Shown here: positions 1-7,833 of the stretch, one piece after another | Layout: every line of letters starts with the position of its first letter | How positions within the stretch are numbered: the first letter of the stretch is position 1 | NCBI GenBank assembly: GCA_016205145.1 | Contig: JACQJH010000002.1 | Location: 1 to 32,000 of the forward strand | DNA length: 32,000 nucleotides | Source: Candidatus Iainarchaeum sp. | GTDB lineage: Archaea; Iainarchaeota; Iainarchaeia; Iainarchaeales; JACQJH01 | Direction: 5' to 3' | Program-made: the position numbers and the translations under genes | The notes under the pieces: model-generated | Database searches by the model: none | What the model was told of the DNA's origin: nothing | The model's input: the letters and a program-made list of their open reading frames with translations, nothing else

Positions 1-14
1 ATTGTATAAGTGAT

Positions 15-1190
15 GTGGTGAATGGTTTGAGCTATTGTAGGCGTTGCGGTTCTGAAGAAATAGTTAAGCGGGGGAAGGCTCTAAACGCTTTGAAGACTAC
101 TTGGAAGCAACGGTATTTCTGTAAAAAATGTGGTTTCAAGTTCATTGATAAAAAACCTAATCTTTGTGTTGATTATGAGCCACCAAAGTTCGAGTACAAA
201 TCCAAAGAAATAGCACCTATTGACTGGTCGAGCTACAATGAGGCACAGCTTAATGAGAAACCGATGTTTCTCAAGATTCTGAATGATGTTCTGGAACTAT
301 TTATATTTGAGCAAGCAAAGAGCAACGGCAGACCGCTATTCAATGCAAAAGACATTTTGATTGCAATATTGGTCAAAATTTACAACAAAAACTCTGCAAG
401 AAGAACAATATCGGATTTGAAACTTCTGAAAGAACTCGGCTACATAGAGCACATCCCGTGCTATGTAACGTTGATGAACCACTTCAACAATCTGAATTTC
501 AAGCCGATTCTTGAGAAAATGATTGAGCTTACAGCACTGCCTTTGAAAGAGGTTGAAACTGATTTTGCCGCAGATTCGACAGGCTTTTCTACTTCTCAAT
601 TTGGCAGGTGGTTTGATGAGAAGTGGGGCGAGGAAAAAGAAAAGCGAATTTATAGGAAAGCCCACGTAATGACTGGCACTCTCACAAATGTTGTCACTTC
701 TTGCATTATCACAAAGCAGGAGGGCAAAGGCACTGGAGATTCAACACAGTTCAAGCCTCTACTAAACAAGACCGCGCTTAATTTCAAAATGAAAGAGGTA
801 TCAGCAGATATGGCTTATCTTTCACGAGAAAATATCGAGGCAGTAATCAAAACTGGCGCTCTACCATTCATTCCTTTTAAGTCAAACGTAACAGGCACTG
901 GAAATGGCTTGATTTGGCATACTCTTTGGAAATTCTTCAAAGACCGCCCACAGGAGTTTTACGAGTGTTATCATAAACGCTCTAATGTGGAATCTACTTT
1001 CAATATGATAAAACAAAAGTTCAGTGGCTTCCTAATGACAAGAACCTATACAGCCAACACCAACGAGATTCTTGCCAAAGTTGTCGCTCATAACATTTGT
1101 TGCCTAATCTCAGCTTATTTCGAGCTAAGGCTCGAAAGGGCTTTTTTAACAAAAGCCCAAGAAACAACCAAAATTTCGATATTACTCTAA
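15..1190 (+). CDS. DDE transposase (IS4/IS5/ISH3-like) with N-terminal zinc ribbon
   Basis: 391-aa ORF with a GTG start. N-terminal CxxC...CxxC (CRRCGS...CKKCGF). DDE-type motifs ADSTGF and SADMAYLS. Y-x2-R-x3-E-x6-K signature in YHKRSNVESTFNMIKQK. Confidence 0.8.
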   Translation: MVNGLSYCRRCGSEEIVKRGKALNALKTTWKQRYFCKKCGFKFIDKKPNLCVDYEPPKFEYKSKEIAPIDWSSYNEAQLNEKPMFLKILNDVLELFIFEQAKSNGRPLFNAKDILIAILVKIYNKNSARRTISDLKLLKELGYIEHIPCYVTLMNHFNNLNFKPILEKMIELTALPLKEVETDFAADSTGFSTSQFGRWFDEKWGEEKEKRIYRKAHVMTGTLTNVVTSCIITKQEGKGTGDSTQFKPLLNKTALNFKMKEVSADMAYLSRENIEAVIKTGALPFIPFKSNVTGTGNGLIWHTLWKFFKDRPQEFYECYHKRSNVESTFNMIKQKFSGFLMTRTYTANTNEILAKVVAHNICCLISAYFELRLERAFLTKAQETTKISILL

Positions 1191-1207
1191 CTTTTTAAAC
1201 AAGCCCG

Positions 1208-1245
1208 GGCGGGCCTTTCACCCGCCAGAAATCGGTATTTTTTCC
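1208..1245 (+). terminator. Hairpin plus T-tract downstream of the transposase
   Basis: GGCGGG(1208-1213)/CCCGCC(1221-1226) stem, followed by a T6 run at about 1238-1243. Confidence 0.4.
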
Positions 1246-1274
1246 GAATTTTTGGGGCGGGGATTATTCGGATT

Positions 1275-1841
1275 TCATGCGCCCGTCTGGCATTTCTTTT
1301 TCAGGTAGTCGCCGTAAATCTTTTCGCACAAGGCCTTGTCGTTTTTCGCATTCGCTATCTCGTAATAGCACTGGTCTTTTGCCGCCAAAGCGTTTTCAAT
1401 CTTTTCGCAAACGCCCGGGTCGAGGAGTTCCACTGCGATGTTTCCGTAGCATGCGTTGCGGATGGTGTCGGTCACAATCCGGCCGCACAGTTCCTGGTCT
1501 TTCAGTATGCCTGCCACATTGCCGTAACAATCGTCCCTGACATTGACTGTCTCGATTCCGGAACAGGCCTGTCCGTTTTTCTCGGTTTCCGCCGCCACGC
1601 TGATGCAGGACTCGGTTTCGGTTTTAACGCTGAATTTTTGGCATTCGGCAAGCTTTTGGTCAAGCGTGCTTTGCATTCCGCCGGCGGGATTTACCGTGGT
1701 GCCGCCCGAGTCGGCTGTGCTTCCGCTGGTGGTGGGGGTTTGAGGGGGTGAATTGCTTTCATTGCCCTGCTGGCTGCAGCCCGCGGCAAAAACTGTCAAG
1801 GCGAAAAGCAAAACCATACAAGCTAAAATTTTGGTTTTCAT
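1275..1841 (-). CDS. Secreted Cys-rich repeat lipoprotein, function unknown
   Basis: Signal peptide MKTKILACMVLLFALTVFAAGC with a lipobox-like AAGC, then a S/T/P/G-rich linker. Three copies of the unit CYxxxAxxxxDxxxCxxI (DDCYGNVAGILKDQELCGRI, NACYGNIAVELLDPGVCEKI, DQCYYEIANAKNDKALCEKI). Ten Cys in the mature part. Confidence 0.7.
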   Translation of the reverse strand: MKTKILACMVLLFALTVFAAGCSQQGNESNSPPQTPTTSGSTADSGGTTVNPAGGMQSTLDQKLAECQKFSVKTETESCISVAAETEKNGQACSGIETVNVRDDCYGNVAGILKDQELCGRIVTDTIRNACYGNIAVELLDPGVCEKIENALAAKDQCYYEIANAKNDKALCEKIYGDYLKKKCQTGA

Positions 1842-1860
1842 AAATCAGATTTAAGGAAGA

Positions 1861-1873
1861 ACTTTTTTAAATC
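1861..1873. promoter_or_regulatory. Shared A/T tract (TATA-like) between divergent starts at 1841 (-) and 1900 (+)
   Basis: acttttttaaatc lies 20-30 nt from both start codons, which fits short-leader or leaderless archaeal transcripts. Confidence 0.4.
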
Positions 1874-1899
1874 CCTTTCCGCATTGTTTGTGTCGGCTT

Positions 1900-2841
1900 A
1901 TGCCAGCGCAAACACATGCAAACGATTTTCTTGTCGGCTTGGTCAAACTGCTCCGGCCGCTTGAATGGAGCAAGGGCTTCGGCAACATGGCCGTTGCGGC
2001 AATCATTGCAAGCTATGCTTTCGGCGTCCAGCCAAGCATTCCGCTTTTTCTCGCCGGCTTTCTGGCGGTTTCGATGCTTTGGTCGGGCCTCTATGCATTG
2101 AACGACTGGACCGACCGGGAGGCGGACAAACTGCATCCCGTCAAGAAAAACAGGCCTATTCCTTCGGGCGCAATTCCGGCTGGCTTTGCATTGGGCCTTG
2201 CGGTCGTTTTGATTTTGTCCGCGCTGGCGATCGGCTTTTCCCTGGGAATGCTTTTTTTCATCTGCCTGCTTGCAATGCTGTTGAACCAGCTGCTCTACAC
2301 CCTTGAACCGTTTTCGTTCAAGAAGCGCGCGGTAGTAGATTTGATTTCAGGTTCCGCAATCAACCCGGTTTTCAGGTTTTATGCCGGCTGGGTCCTCCTG
2401 GTTCCGGCATTCAATGCGCCTTTGCCGGCATTGCTTTTTGTTGTCGGCGTGCAGTTCGGCGGGTTCACCCTGTACAGGCTGACTTCGCATTCCGTCGAGG
2501 AAAAGCTCGGCTATAAAAGCTCGGCAACTGTTTTCGGCGAAGGCAAAGTGAAGGCATTGGCATACCTTGCGATTGTTTCGAGCGGCGCTTCGTATTTTTT
2601 GATGGCGCTGAATGGCGGCGGCTTTCTGGATTTTTGGAACGTTGCAGGCGCGGCCAATGATTTGGGCTTTTTGCCGTTCAAATTCTTCTGGCTCGGCGTT
2701 CTTTCGCTGCTTGCCCTGCCATTGTATGCGAACGTTCTGCTTAACCCGAAAAAGGCGGACATAAGCAAGGTTTATGTTCTTGTTTACCTGAATTATATCG
2801 TGTTTGTCGGCGGCATGATTGTGCTGTTTTTCTGGCAATGA
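1900..2841 (+). CDS. UbiA-family prenyltransferase, resembling polyprenyl-phosphate phosphoribosyltransferase (DPPR-synthase type)
   Basis: First Asp-rich motif NDWTDREADKLHPVKKNRPIPSG (ND..D...D..HP.K..RPI..G). Multi-TM hydrophobic profile. RPLEWSKG near the N-terminus. ATG at 1900 preferred over TTG at 1888. Confidence 0.8.
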   Translation: MPAQTHANDFLVGLVKLLRPLEWSKGFGNMAVAAIIASYAFGVQPSIPLFLAGFLAVSMLWSGLYALNDWTDREADKLHPVKKNRPIPSGAIPAGFALGLAVVLILSALAIGFSLGMLFFICLLAMLLNQLLYTLEPFSFKKRAVVDLISGSAINPVFRFYAGWVLLVPAFNAPLPALLFVVGVQFGGFTLYRLTSHSVEEKLGYKSSATVFGEGKVKALAYLAIVSSGASYFLMALNGGGFLDFWNVAGAANDLGFLPFKFFWLGVLSLLALPLYANVLLNPKKADISKVYVLVYLNYIVFVGGMIVLFFWQ

Positions 2842-2853
2842 ATTTCGTTTTCA

Positions 2854-3606
2854 ATGAATTTTGTTCCGGATGGTGTTTTTGTTTTGGCCCGCAAGCCGGT
2901 TGTTTCCGTCATAATCCCGACGCTGAACGAGGCGAAGTTCATCGAGCGGTGCATTTCTTCTTTTCAAACCCAGTCGGTTCCAAGACATGATTTTGAAATA
3001 ATCGTGAGCGACAGCTCAAGCAACGACAATACCGCTGAAATTGCCCGCAAAATTGCCGACAGGGTTGTCGTCTGCGAAAGGATGAGCGCAACTCACGGCA
3101 GGAACGAGGGCGCAAAGCTTGCAAGCGGAAAATTCCTTGTTTTTGTCGACGCCGACACGGTTGTCGGAAAGCATTTCATTGAAGGCGTGGTTTGGGCGCT
3201 TGAAAAAGGAATTGCCGCGACCGGCCCGATTTTCGCGCTTGAAAAGGATTCATTGCGCATGAGGCTTTTTCTCCAGTACTGGAGTTTTCAGTCGCTTGTT
3301 TCCACTGCAATCGGCTTCCCGATTTTTCCCGGCTTCAATTTTGCCGTGCGCAGAAACGTGTTTGAAAAGGCCGGCGGCTTCCAGGAGAAAAGGACGGGCG
3401 AGGACATTGACCTTTCATTGCGCCTTGCAAGGCTTGGAAAAACCGTTTTCAGCGAAAACATGGTTGTGTTCACTTCCACGCGCAGGCTGAAGGAACAGGG
3501 CATAATCAAGTATGCGTTCAACGGTTTCACTTACATTTTTTTCGGGAAAAGCGTGCCATGGCACGAATACAGGAAGGATTTTGTCCCGCGGGGTGAGCGC
3601 AGATGA
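2854..3606 (+). CDS. Family 2 glycosyltransferase
   Basis: VSVIIPTLNE start of a GT-A fold, SDSSSNDNT, and the DxD-type motif VFVDADT. Confidence 0.85.
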   Translation: MNFVPDGVFVLARKPVVSVIIPTLNEAKFIERCISSFQTQSVPRHDFEIIVSDSSSNDNTAEIARKIADRVVVCERMSATHGRNEGAKLASGKFLVFVDADTVVGKHFIEGVVWALEKGIAATGPIFALEKDSLRMRLFLQYWSFQSLVSTAIGFPIFPGFNFAVRRNVFEKAGGFQEKRTGEDIDLSLRLARLGKTVFSENMVVFTSTRRLKEQGIIKYAFNGFTYIFFGKSVPWHEYRKDFVPRGERR

Positions 3607-4598
3607 AAGTGCTTTTCGTGGTTTCGACTGCAAAGGACAGCGGCATTTTCACTTCCGCTAACGCCCTGGCGGAAAAACTGCGTGAAAAAGGCGTCGAGGT
3701 TGAAATCGACAACCTTCTTGGCAATGGCTATGACCTGGTGCATTTCCACAATCCTCTGCCGACAACGTTTTTTGCGGCACGCATCAAGTTCCTGAACCTG
3801 CCGTTCGTCTGCACGACAAACATGACAATAACCGAGCTGGACGGCCTCGTTCCAAACTATCTGTTCGGCCTGTCAAACCAGTATCTGCAGTTTTATTACT
3901 CGCACTGCGACAGGATAATCTGCACTTCGAGAAAAATCGAGGCGTTGCTCGGAGTTGAAGGATTTGCGTCCAAAACGGTTTTCATGCCGCTCGGCATCGA
4001 CAACTCCTTTTTCCGGCCGAAACCTGAACTGGGCGGAATTTTCCGGCAGCGTTTCGGCCTGAAGCGAAAGGTTGTTTTGGCGGTTGCGTCCGCGCAGAAG
4101 CGCAAGGGCATTTTTGATTTTGTCGAAGTTTCAAAGGCGTTGCCGCAGTACGATTTTGTCTGGGTCGGGGGAATCCCGCAATTGCAGACGCTTGAAAAAA
4201 GGGCGGAGCTTGAAAAAATCGTGGCGGAAAAATATGACAACCTGGTTTTCACGGGCTATCTTTCTTTGGACGAGCTTCTGCAGGCGTACAATGCCTGCGA
4301 TGTCTTTGTTTCGCCTACGTATGCGGAAACTTTTGGTTTGAACATAGTGGAGGCGGCCAGCTGCGGAAAACCCGCAATAGTGCGCGATTTGCCGGACCTG
4401 GACAACTTTGACCCGTTTGCCCTGAAGTTTTCCGACAACGAGGGCTTTGCAAGGCAGGTCTGCGCTGTCATGGAAGATGAAAGCCTGCGGAACGGCCTGT
4501 CGGAGAAGTCGCTTAAGGAATCCGCGAAGTTCAGCCTTGAGGCTAACTCGCAGAAAATCCTTGAAATCTACGAACGGCTTGTGCAAGGAAAAAATTGA
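3603..4598 (+). CDS. GT-B glycosyltransferase (family 4-like)
   Basis: C-terminal ETFGLNIVEAASCGKPAIV motif typical of GT4. ATGA overlap with the GT2 stop implies translational coupling. Confidence 0.85.
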   Translation: MKVLFVVSTAKDSGIFTSANALAEKLREKGVEVEIDNLLGNGYDLVHFHNPLPTTFFAARIKFLNLPFVCTTNMTITELDGLVPNYLFGLSNQYLQFYYSHCDRIICTSRKIEALLGVEGFASKTVFMPLGIDNSFFRPKPELGGIFRQRFGLKRKVVLAVASAQKRKGIFDFVEVSKALPQYDFVWVGGIPQLQTLEKRAELEKIVAEKYDNLVFTGYLSLDELLQAYNACDVFVSPTYAETFGLNIVEAASCGKPAIVRDLPDLDNFDPFALKFSDNEGFARQVCAVMEDESLRNGLSEKSLKESAKFSLEANSQKILEIYERLVQGKN

Positions 4599-4604
4599 GT
4601 GAAA

Positions 4605-4627
4605 GCAGAGGTTACTTTGCCCTCTGC
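4605..4627. terminator. Hairpin between convergent GT4 and eL41-like genes
   Basis: GCAGAGG(4605-4611), 9-nt loop, CCTCTGC(4621-4627). Confidence 0.4.
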
Positions 4628-4740
4628 TTCAGGTAACGCTTTTTCCGCTTCTTGCGGCGCATTTTCTTCTTTTTCCATTTCCATCTCTGGCGCGCCTTTG
4701 TCTTCTTGAAGCGGCTTGTTTCCTTAGTTCGAGTTCCCAA
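4612..4740 (-). CDS. rpl41e: Candidate ribosomal protein eL41 (42 codons; below the ORF-track cutoff)
   Basis: Hand translation gives (TTG)GTRTKETSRFKKTKARQRWKWKKKKMRRKKRKKRYLKQRAK*. The RWKWKKKKMRRKKRKKR core matches the K/R-rich eL41 pattern (KW.KKRMRRLKRKRR). A GGTGG Shine-Dalgarno-like element (plus-strand ccacc, 4747-4751) sits 6 nt upstream of the TTG. Confidence 0.55.
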   Translation of the reverse strand: MGTRTKETSRFKKTKARQRWKWKKKKMRRKKRKKRYLKQRAK

Positions 4741-4808
4741 AAAAACCACCATTCCCGGCAAAAAAACCGGACAAATCGGATTTGAATACTACTGATTTGG
4801 AATGAAAG

Positions 4809-4817
4809 TATTTTAAA
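4809..4817. promoter_or_regulatory. TATA-like box (tattttaaa), possibly bidirectional
   Basis: Near-palindromic A/T box. It lies about 70 nt upstream of the eL41-like start on the minus strand and about 15-25 nt upstream of the GC-rich structured block on the plus strand. Confidence 0.35.
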
Positions 4818-4827
4818 GGTTTGATTC

Positions 4828-5027
4828 GCCGGTTTCGTCCGGAGCCGTCACGCCCGGCTGGTGCGCTTTGTGGTGTTCGCGCTGTTGCGGAACACCACGC
4901 ATGCTTTGCGGGATTTGCAAGGGATGCAACCCCTGCGCTCGCTTCGCTCGGAATGGCTGGTCCGAGACTAAGGCGCCCCGTTTGCGAAGCGCCGAGTAAA
5001 CAAGGCAGGATTTTGCCGGCTTTTTTT
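4828..5027 (+). ncRNA. Candidate structured RNA (free-standing ncRNA or regulatory leader of thiM-thiE-thiL); family not recognised
   Basis: GC-rich block between AT-rich flanks. It contains an 11-bp hairpin at 4870-4898 (GTGGTGTTCGC/GCGGAACACCAC), hairpins CCGG-N6-CCGG and AGCCG-N7-CGGCT near the 5' end, a hairpin around TTGCA-aggga-TGCAA, and an 8-bp long-range pairing CGCTTCGC/GCGAAGCG that competes with a local GGCGC/GCGCC hairpin. It ends in GCCGGC plus T7 (5021-5027). Its in-frame translation (R/A-rich) does not look protein-like. Confidence 0.35.
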
Positions 5028-5076
5028 CGTCAATCGGCTTTATTGTGTCGTTTTTTTGCATTTTTGCGTGCGGGCA

Positions 5077-5086
5077 TTTTAATAAA
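5077..5086 (+). promoter_or_regulatory. TATA-like box upstream of thiM
   Basis: ttttaataaa lies 29-44 nt upstream of the candidate thiM starts (TTG 5115 or TTG 5130). Confidence 0.4.
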
Positions 5087-5114
5087 TTTTCAGCGCAGCA
5101 TATGTTCTCTGATT

Positions 5115-5933
5115 TTGGGGTGGTTTGCTTTGGTTGAAGTTGTTTCGTTTTTGAGTGCCGTGCGCGAAAAAAAGCCGTTGGTGCATCACATCACAAACTG
5201 GGTCACGATTTACGATTGCGCAAATGTCGTGAGGGCGTTCGGCGCATTGCCCGTGATGGCGCATGCAAAGGAAGAGGTTGAAGAAATGGCTGGCATTGCG
5301 AACGCGCTTGTCCTCAACATCGGAACCCTCACGCCTGAACTGGTTGAGGCAATGATTCTGGCGGGAAAGGCGGCAAACAAAAAAGGCATTCCGGTCATCC
5401 TTGACTGCGTCGGCGTCGGCGCGACAAGCCTGCGTAATGAGAAGGCGGCTGAGATTCTTGAAACGGTGAAGGTTTCAATCATCAAGGGGAATTCCTCGGA
5501 AATCGCAAAAACCGCGGGCGCGAAAGCCCACACGAAAGGCGTGGAAGCGGCGGGCGTCGAGGGCGACCTGAAACAGATTGCAAAAAATTTCGCCAAAAAG
5601 CAGAATGCGATTGTAGTTGTTTCCGGAAAGGAGGACATCGTGACCGACGGCAAAAGGGTTTTTCTGGTGAAAAACGGCTGCAGCCAGATGGGCAGCATTG
5701 TTGGAACAGGCTGCATGCTTGCATCCGTTTTGGGCGCGTTTGCGGGCGCGGCGGAGAAGGAAAAATTGCTTGACGCAAGCATTGCCGCGTTGGTTTGCTT
5801 TGAGATTGCAGGCGAGCTTGCAGCAGGGCAAAGCAGGGGGCCCGGCACTTTCAAGGAAAGGTTTTACGATGAAATCGCTTCGCTTGACGCGTCGCAGGCC
5901 GACAGGTTGAAAAATGTCGAAGAGGTATCCTGA
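5115..5933 (+). CDS. thiM: Hydroxyethylthiazole kinase
   Basis: [39 protein letters not shown] matches the ThiM N-terminal consensus (PLVH.ITN...AN..LA.GASP.M). The track ORF from 4821 is an artificial extension. The true start is TTG 5115 or TTG 5130 (uncertain). Confidence 0.85.
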   Translation: MGWFALVEVVSFLSAVREKKPLVHHITNWVTIYDCANVVRAFGALPVMAHAKEEVEEMAGIANALVLNIGTLTPELVEAMILAGKAANKKGIPVILDCVGVGATSLRNEKAAEILETVKVSIIKGNSSEIAKTAGAKAHTKGVEAAGVEGDLKQIAKNFAKKQNAIVVVSGKEDIVTDGKRVFLVKNGCSQMGSIVGTGCMLASVLGAFAGAAEKEKLLDASIAALVCFEIAGELAAGQSRGPGTFKERFYDEIASLDASQADRLKNVEEVS

Positions 5934-6579
5934 ATTGGCGAAAGAACTTATTCTCAGCTGGGACCTTTACTTCATTACTGACCGCAACCTTTCAAAGCGG
6001 AACATTTTCCTGGATTGCGAGGATGCGCTCAGGGCCGGCGCCAGGGTTGTGCAGTACCGCGAAAAGAATTTTTCGAAGAAAAAAATGCTGGAAGAGGCCC
6101 TGAAGATCAAGGCGCTTTGCCGCAGGTTCGGCGCCAGTTTCATTGTGAATGACAACGTTGGCATTGCGTTTGAAACCGATGCTGATGGCGTGCATGTCGG
6201 ACAGGAAGATGAGGCTGTGGAAAATGCCAGGAAAATTCTTGGCAATGAAAAGATTGTCGGCCTGACCGTGCATACCGTTGCGGAGGCGCTTGAAGGCGGG
6301 CGCCTTGGCGCGGATTACCTCGGCTTTTCTCCGGTGTTTGAGACTTCAACAAAGCCTGATGCGGGGAAAGCAGCGGGAGTTGGGGCGCTGGCAAAGGTTG
6401 TCAATGCAACTAGTCTGCCGGTTGTTGCGATCGGCGGCATAAGCGAAAAAAACCTTCCGATGGTTTTGCAGGCAAAGCCCTGTGCGGTCGCAATGATTTC
6501 AGCGGTTGTATGCGCCGACAGCGTTTTTGAAACCACTTCAAGGATCAGGAAAACAATCTTAAATTCTCGGCAGGAATAA
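5914..6579 (+). CDS. thiE: Thiamine-phosphate synthase
   Basis: LYFITDR...VVQYREK...[24 protein letters not shown]...[11 protein letters not shown] motifs. 20-nt overlap with thiM. Confidence 0.9.
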   Translation: MSKRYPELAKELILSWDLYFITDRNLSKRNIFLDCEDALRAGARVVQYREKNFSKKKMLEEALKIKALCRRFGASFIVNDNVGIAFETDADGVHVGQEDEAVENARKILGNEKIVGLTVHTVAEALEGGRLGADYLGFSPVFETSTKPDAGKAAGVGALAKVVNATSLPVVAIGGISEKNLPMVLQAKPCAVAMISAVVCADSVFETTSRIRKTILNSRQE

Positions 6580-7572
6580 ATGCTATTTTCTAGCGAGGGG
6601 CATGGCATGGTATCCATCAGGGATTTCGGCGGCGAGTTTGCAGTCATTGACATGATAAAAGGAATTCTTGAAAAGCCCGGCAAAGACGTGGAAGTCGGCA
6701 TCGGCGATGACTGCGCCATCGTGAATTTTGGCGGTAAAAAGCTTGTGCTTACCGTCGACGCGCTGGTTGAAGGCGACCATTTTGGCGGATGGTTTTCGCC
6801 GGAACAGGTCGGCAGGAAGGCGATTGAAGCAAACGTTTCCGACATCGCTTCGATGGGCGCGAAGCCGAAATTCGTTTTGGTGGGATTGTGCCTCAGGCGG
6901 GATTCGGAAGCCGGGTTTGTTGAACGCCTTTACAATGGCATCAATGAGGCGTGCAAAAAATACGGCGTTTTCGTCATTGGTGGAAATATCACGCACGGAA
7001 CGCAGGTCGTAATCGACATTTTTTTGCTCGGCGAGCTGGAAGGCAATGCGAAACCGTGCCTTCGCAGTTCCGCAAGGCCCGGCGATTATATTGTTTCCTC
7101 CGGCAGCCTTGGCGGAAGTTGTGCCGGGCTGAATCTTTTCCTCAAAAAGGTTCCCGGCTTTGATGAAGTGAAAAAGTTTCACGTCGAACCGCACGCTAAC
7201 CTCGGCAAGGCGCTTTTGCTCGCGCCTCTTGTCAATGCAATGGAGGATGTGAGCGACGGCCTCGCATCCGAAGTGAAAAACATCTGCAAGGAAAGCAATT
7301 GCGGCGCCGTCATTTTCGCGGACAATGTGCCGATTGCAATGGAAGTGAAAAATGCGGCGAAGGCGTTGGGCATGGATGCCTTGAATTTCGCGCTTTTCGG
7401 CGGCGAAGACTATGAACTGGTTGCAACCGTGCCGGAAAAAAACCTTAAAGCGGTCGAAGGCATCGGCGCGGTTGTCGTCGGCAGGATAATTGAAGGGAAA
7501 AACGTCTATCTGGAGCGCGGCGGAAAGCGGGTTTTGCTGGAAAAACGCGGCTATGACCACTTCGGAAAATGA
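6580..7572 (+). CDS. thiL: Thiamine-monophosphate kinase
   Basis: AIR-synthase-related fold motifs GIGDDCAIV, LTVDALVEGDHF, GRKAIEANVSDIASMGAKP. The ATG directly abuts the thiE stop (TAAATG). Confidence 0.88.
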   Translation: MLFSSEGHGMVSIRDFGGEFAVIDMIKGILEKPGKDVEVGIGDDCAIVNFGGKKLVLTVDALVEGDHFGGWFSPEQVGRKAIEANVSDIASMGAKPKFVLVGLCLRRDSEAGFVERLYNGINEACKKYGVFVIGGNITHGTQVVIDIFLLGELEGNAKPCLRSSARPGDYIVSSGSLGGSCAGLNLFLKKVPGFDEVKKFHVEPHANLGKALLLAPLVNAMEDVSDGLASEVKNICKESNCGAVIFADNVPIAMEVKNAAKALGMDALNFALFGGEDYELVATVPEKNLKAVEGIGAVVVGRIIEGKNVYLERGGKRVLLEKRGYDHFGK

Positions 7573-7833
7573 TGCCGGAAAACTTGGTTTTTTTGCATAA
7601 AAAATGCGTTTGGAAAGCAAATTATTTTGGCACAATTTATTAGCATAATTAACGTTAAATTTTTTGGCACATGGTTTTAATTCGGAATCCAAAATTTTTA
7701 TTTTTTCAAATTTTGTTTTCTGATTTTTTATGTTTCGTGTAAAAAGGTTTTTATATGCCGGGCGGCTCTATTGTATGCCGGCATTTTTCAGCCGTTTGTT
7801 GTTGTTTTGCATTATTTTTAGCGGGGGGTCTTC

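Larger units (their letters stand above)
1..1245 (+). mobile_element. Insertion sequence carrying the transposase; ends not defined (left end at or beyond the window edge)
   Basis: Only 14 nt lie upstream of the transposase start. I found no terminal inverted repeat matching positions 1-14 downstream of 1190, so the boundaries are guesses. Confidence 0.35.

Noticed and set aside
4775-4800. tRNA-like T-arm fragment (ggatttgaa)
   Set aside because: No matching acceptor or anticodon arms. It is only a 6-bp inverted repeat, CAAATC...GATTTG.
4828-5100. TPP (THI-box) riboswitch upstream of thiM
   Set aside because: The invariant CUGAGA and ACCUGAUCUGGAUAAUGCCAGCG-like elements are absent on both strands.
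4821-5114. About 100-codon N-terminal extension of thiM in the ORF track
   Set aside because: ThiM homology begins only about 15-20 residues before PLVHHITN. The extension is R/A-rich and non-protein-like, crosses oligo-T tracts and a TATA-like box, and coincides with the hairpin-dense block.
7625-7645. Sigma-54-like TGGCAC...GCA promoter
   Set aside because: By my count the GG-to-GC spacing is two nt too long, and the contig otherwise looks archaeal, where sigma-54 does not exist.
6583-7692. 369-aa minus-strand ORF
   Set aside because: Fully antisense to thiL, which has strong family motifs. No recognisable domain and odd composition. A typical shadow ORF.
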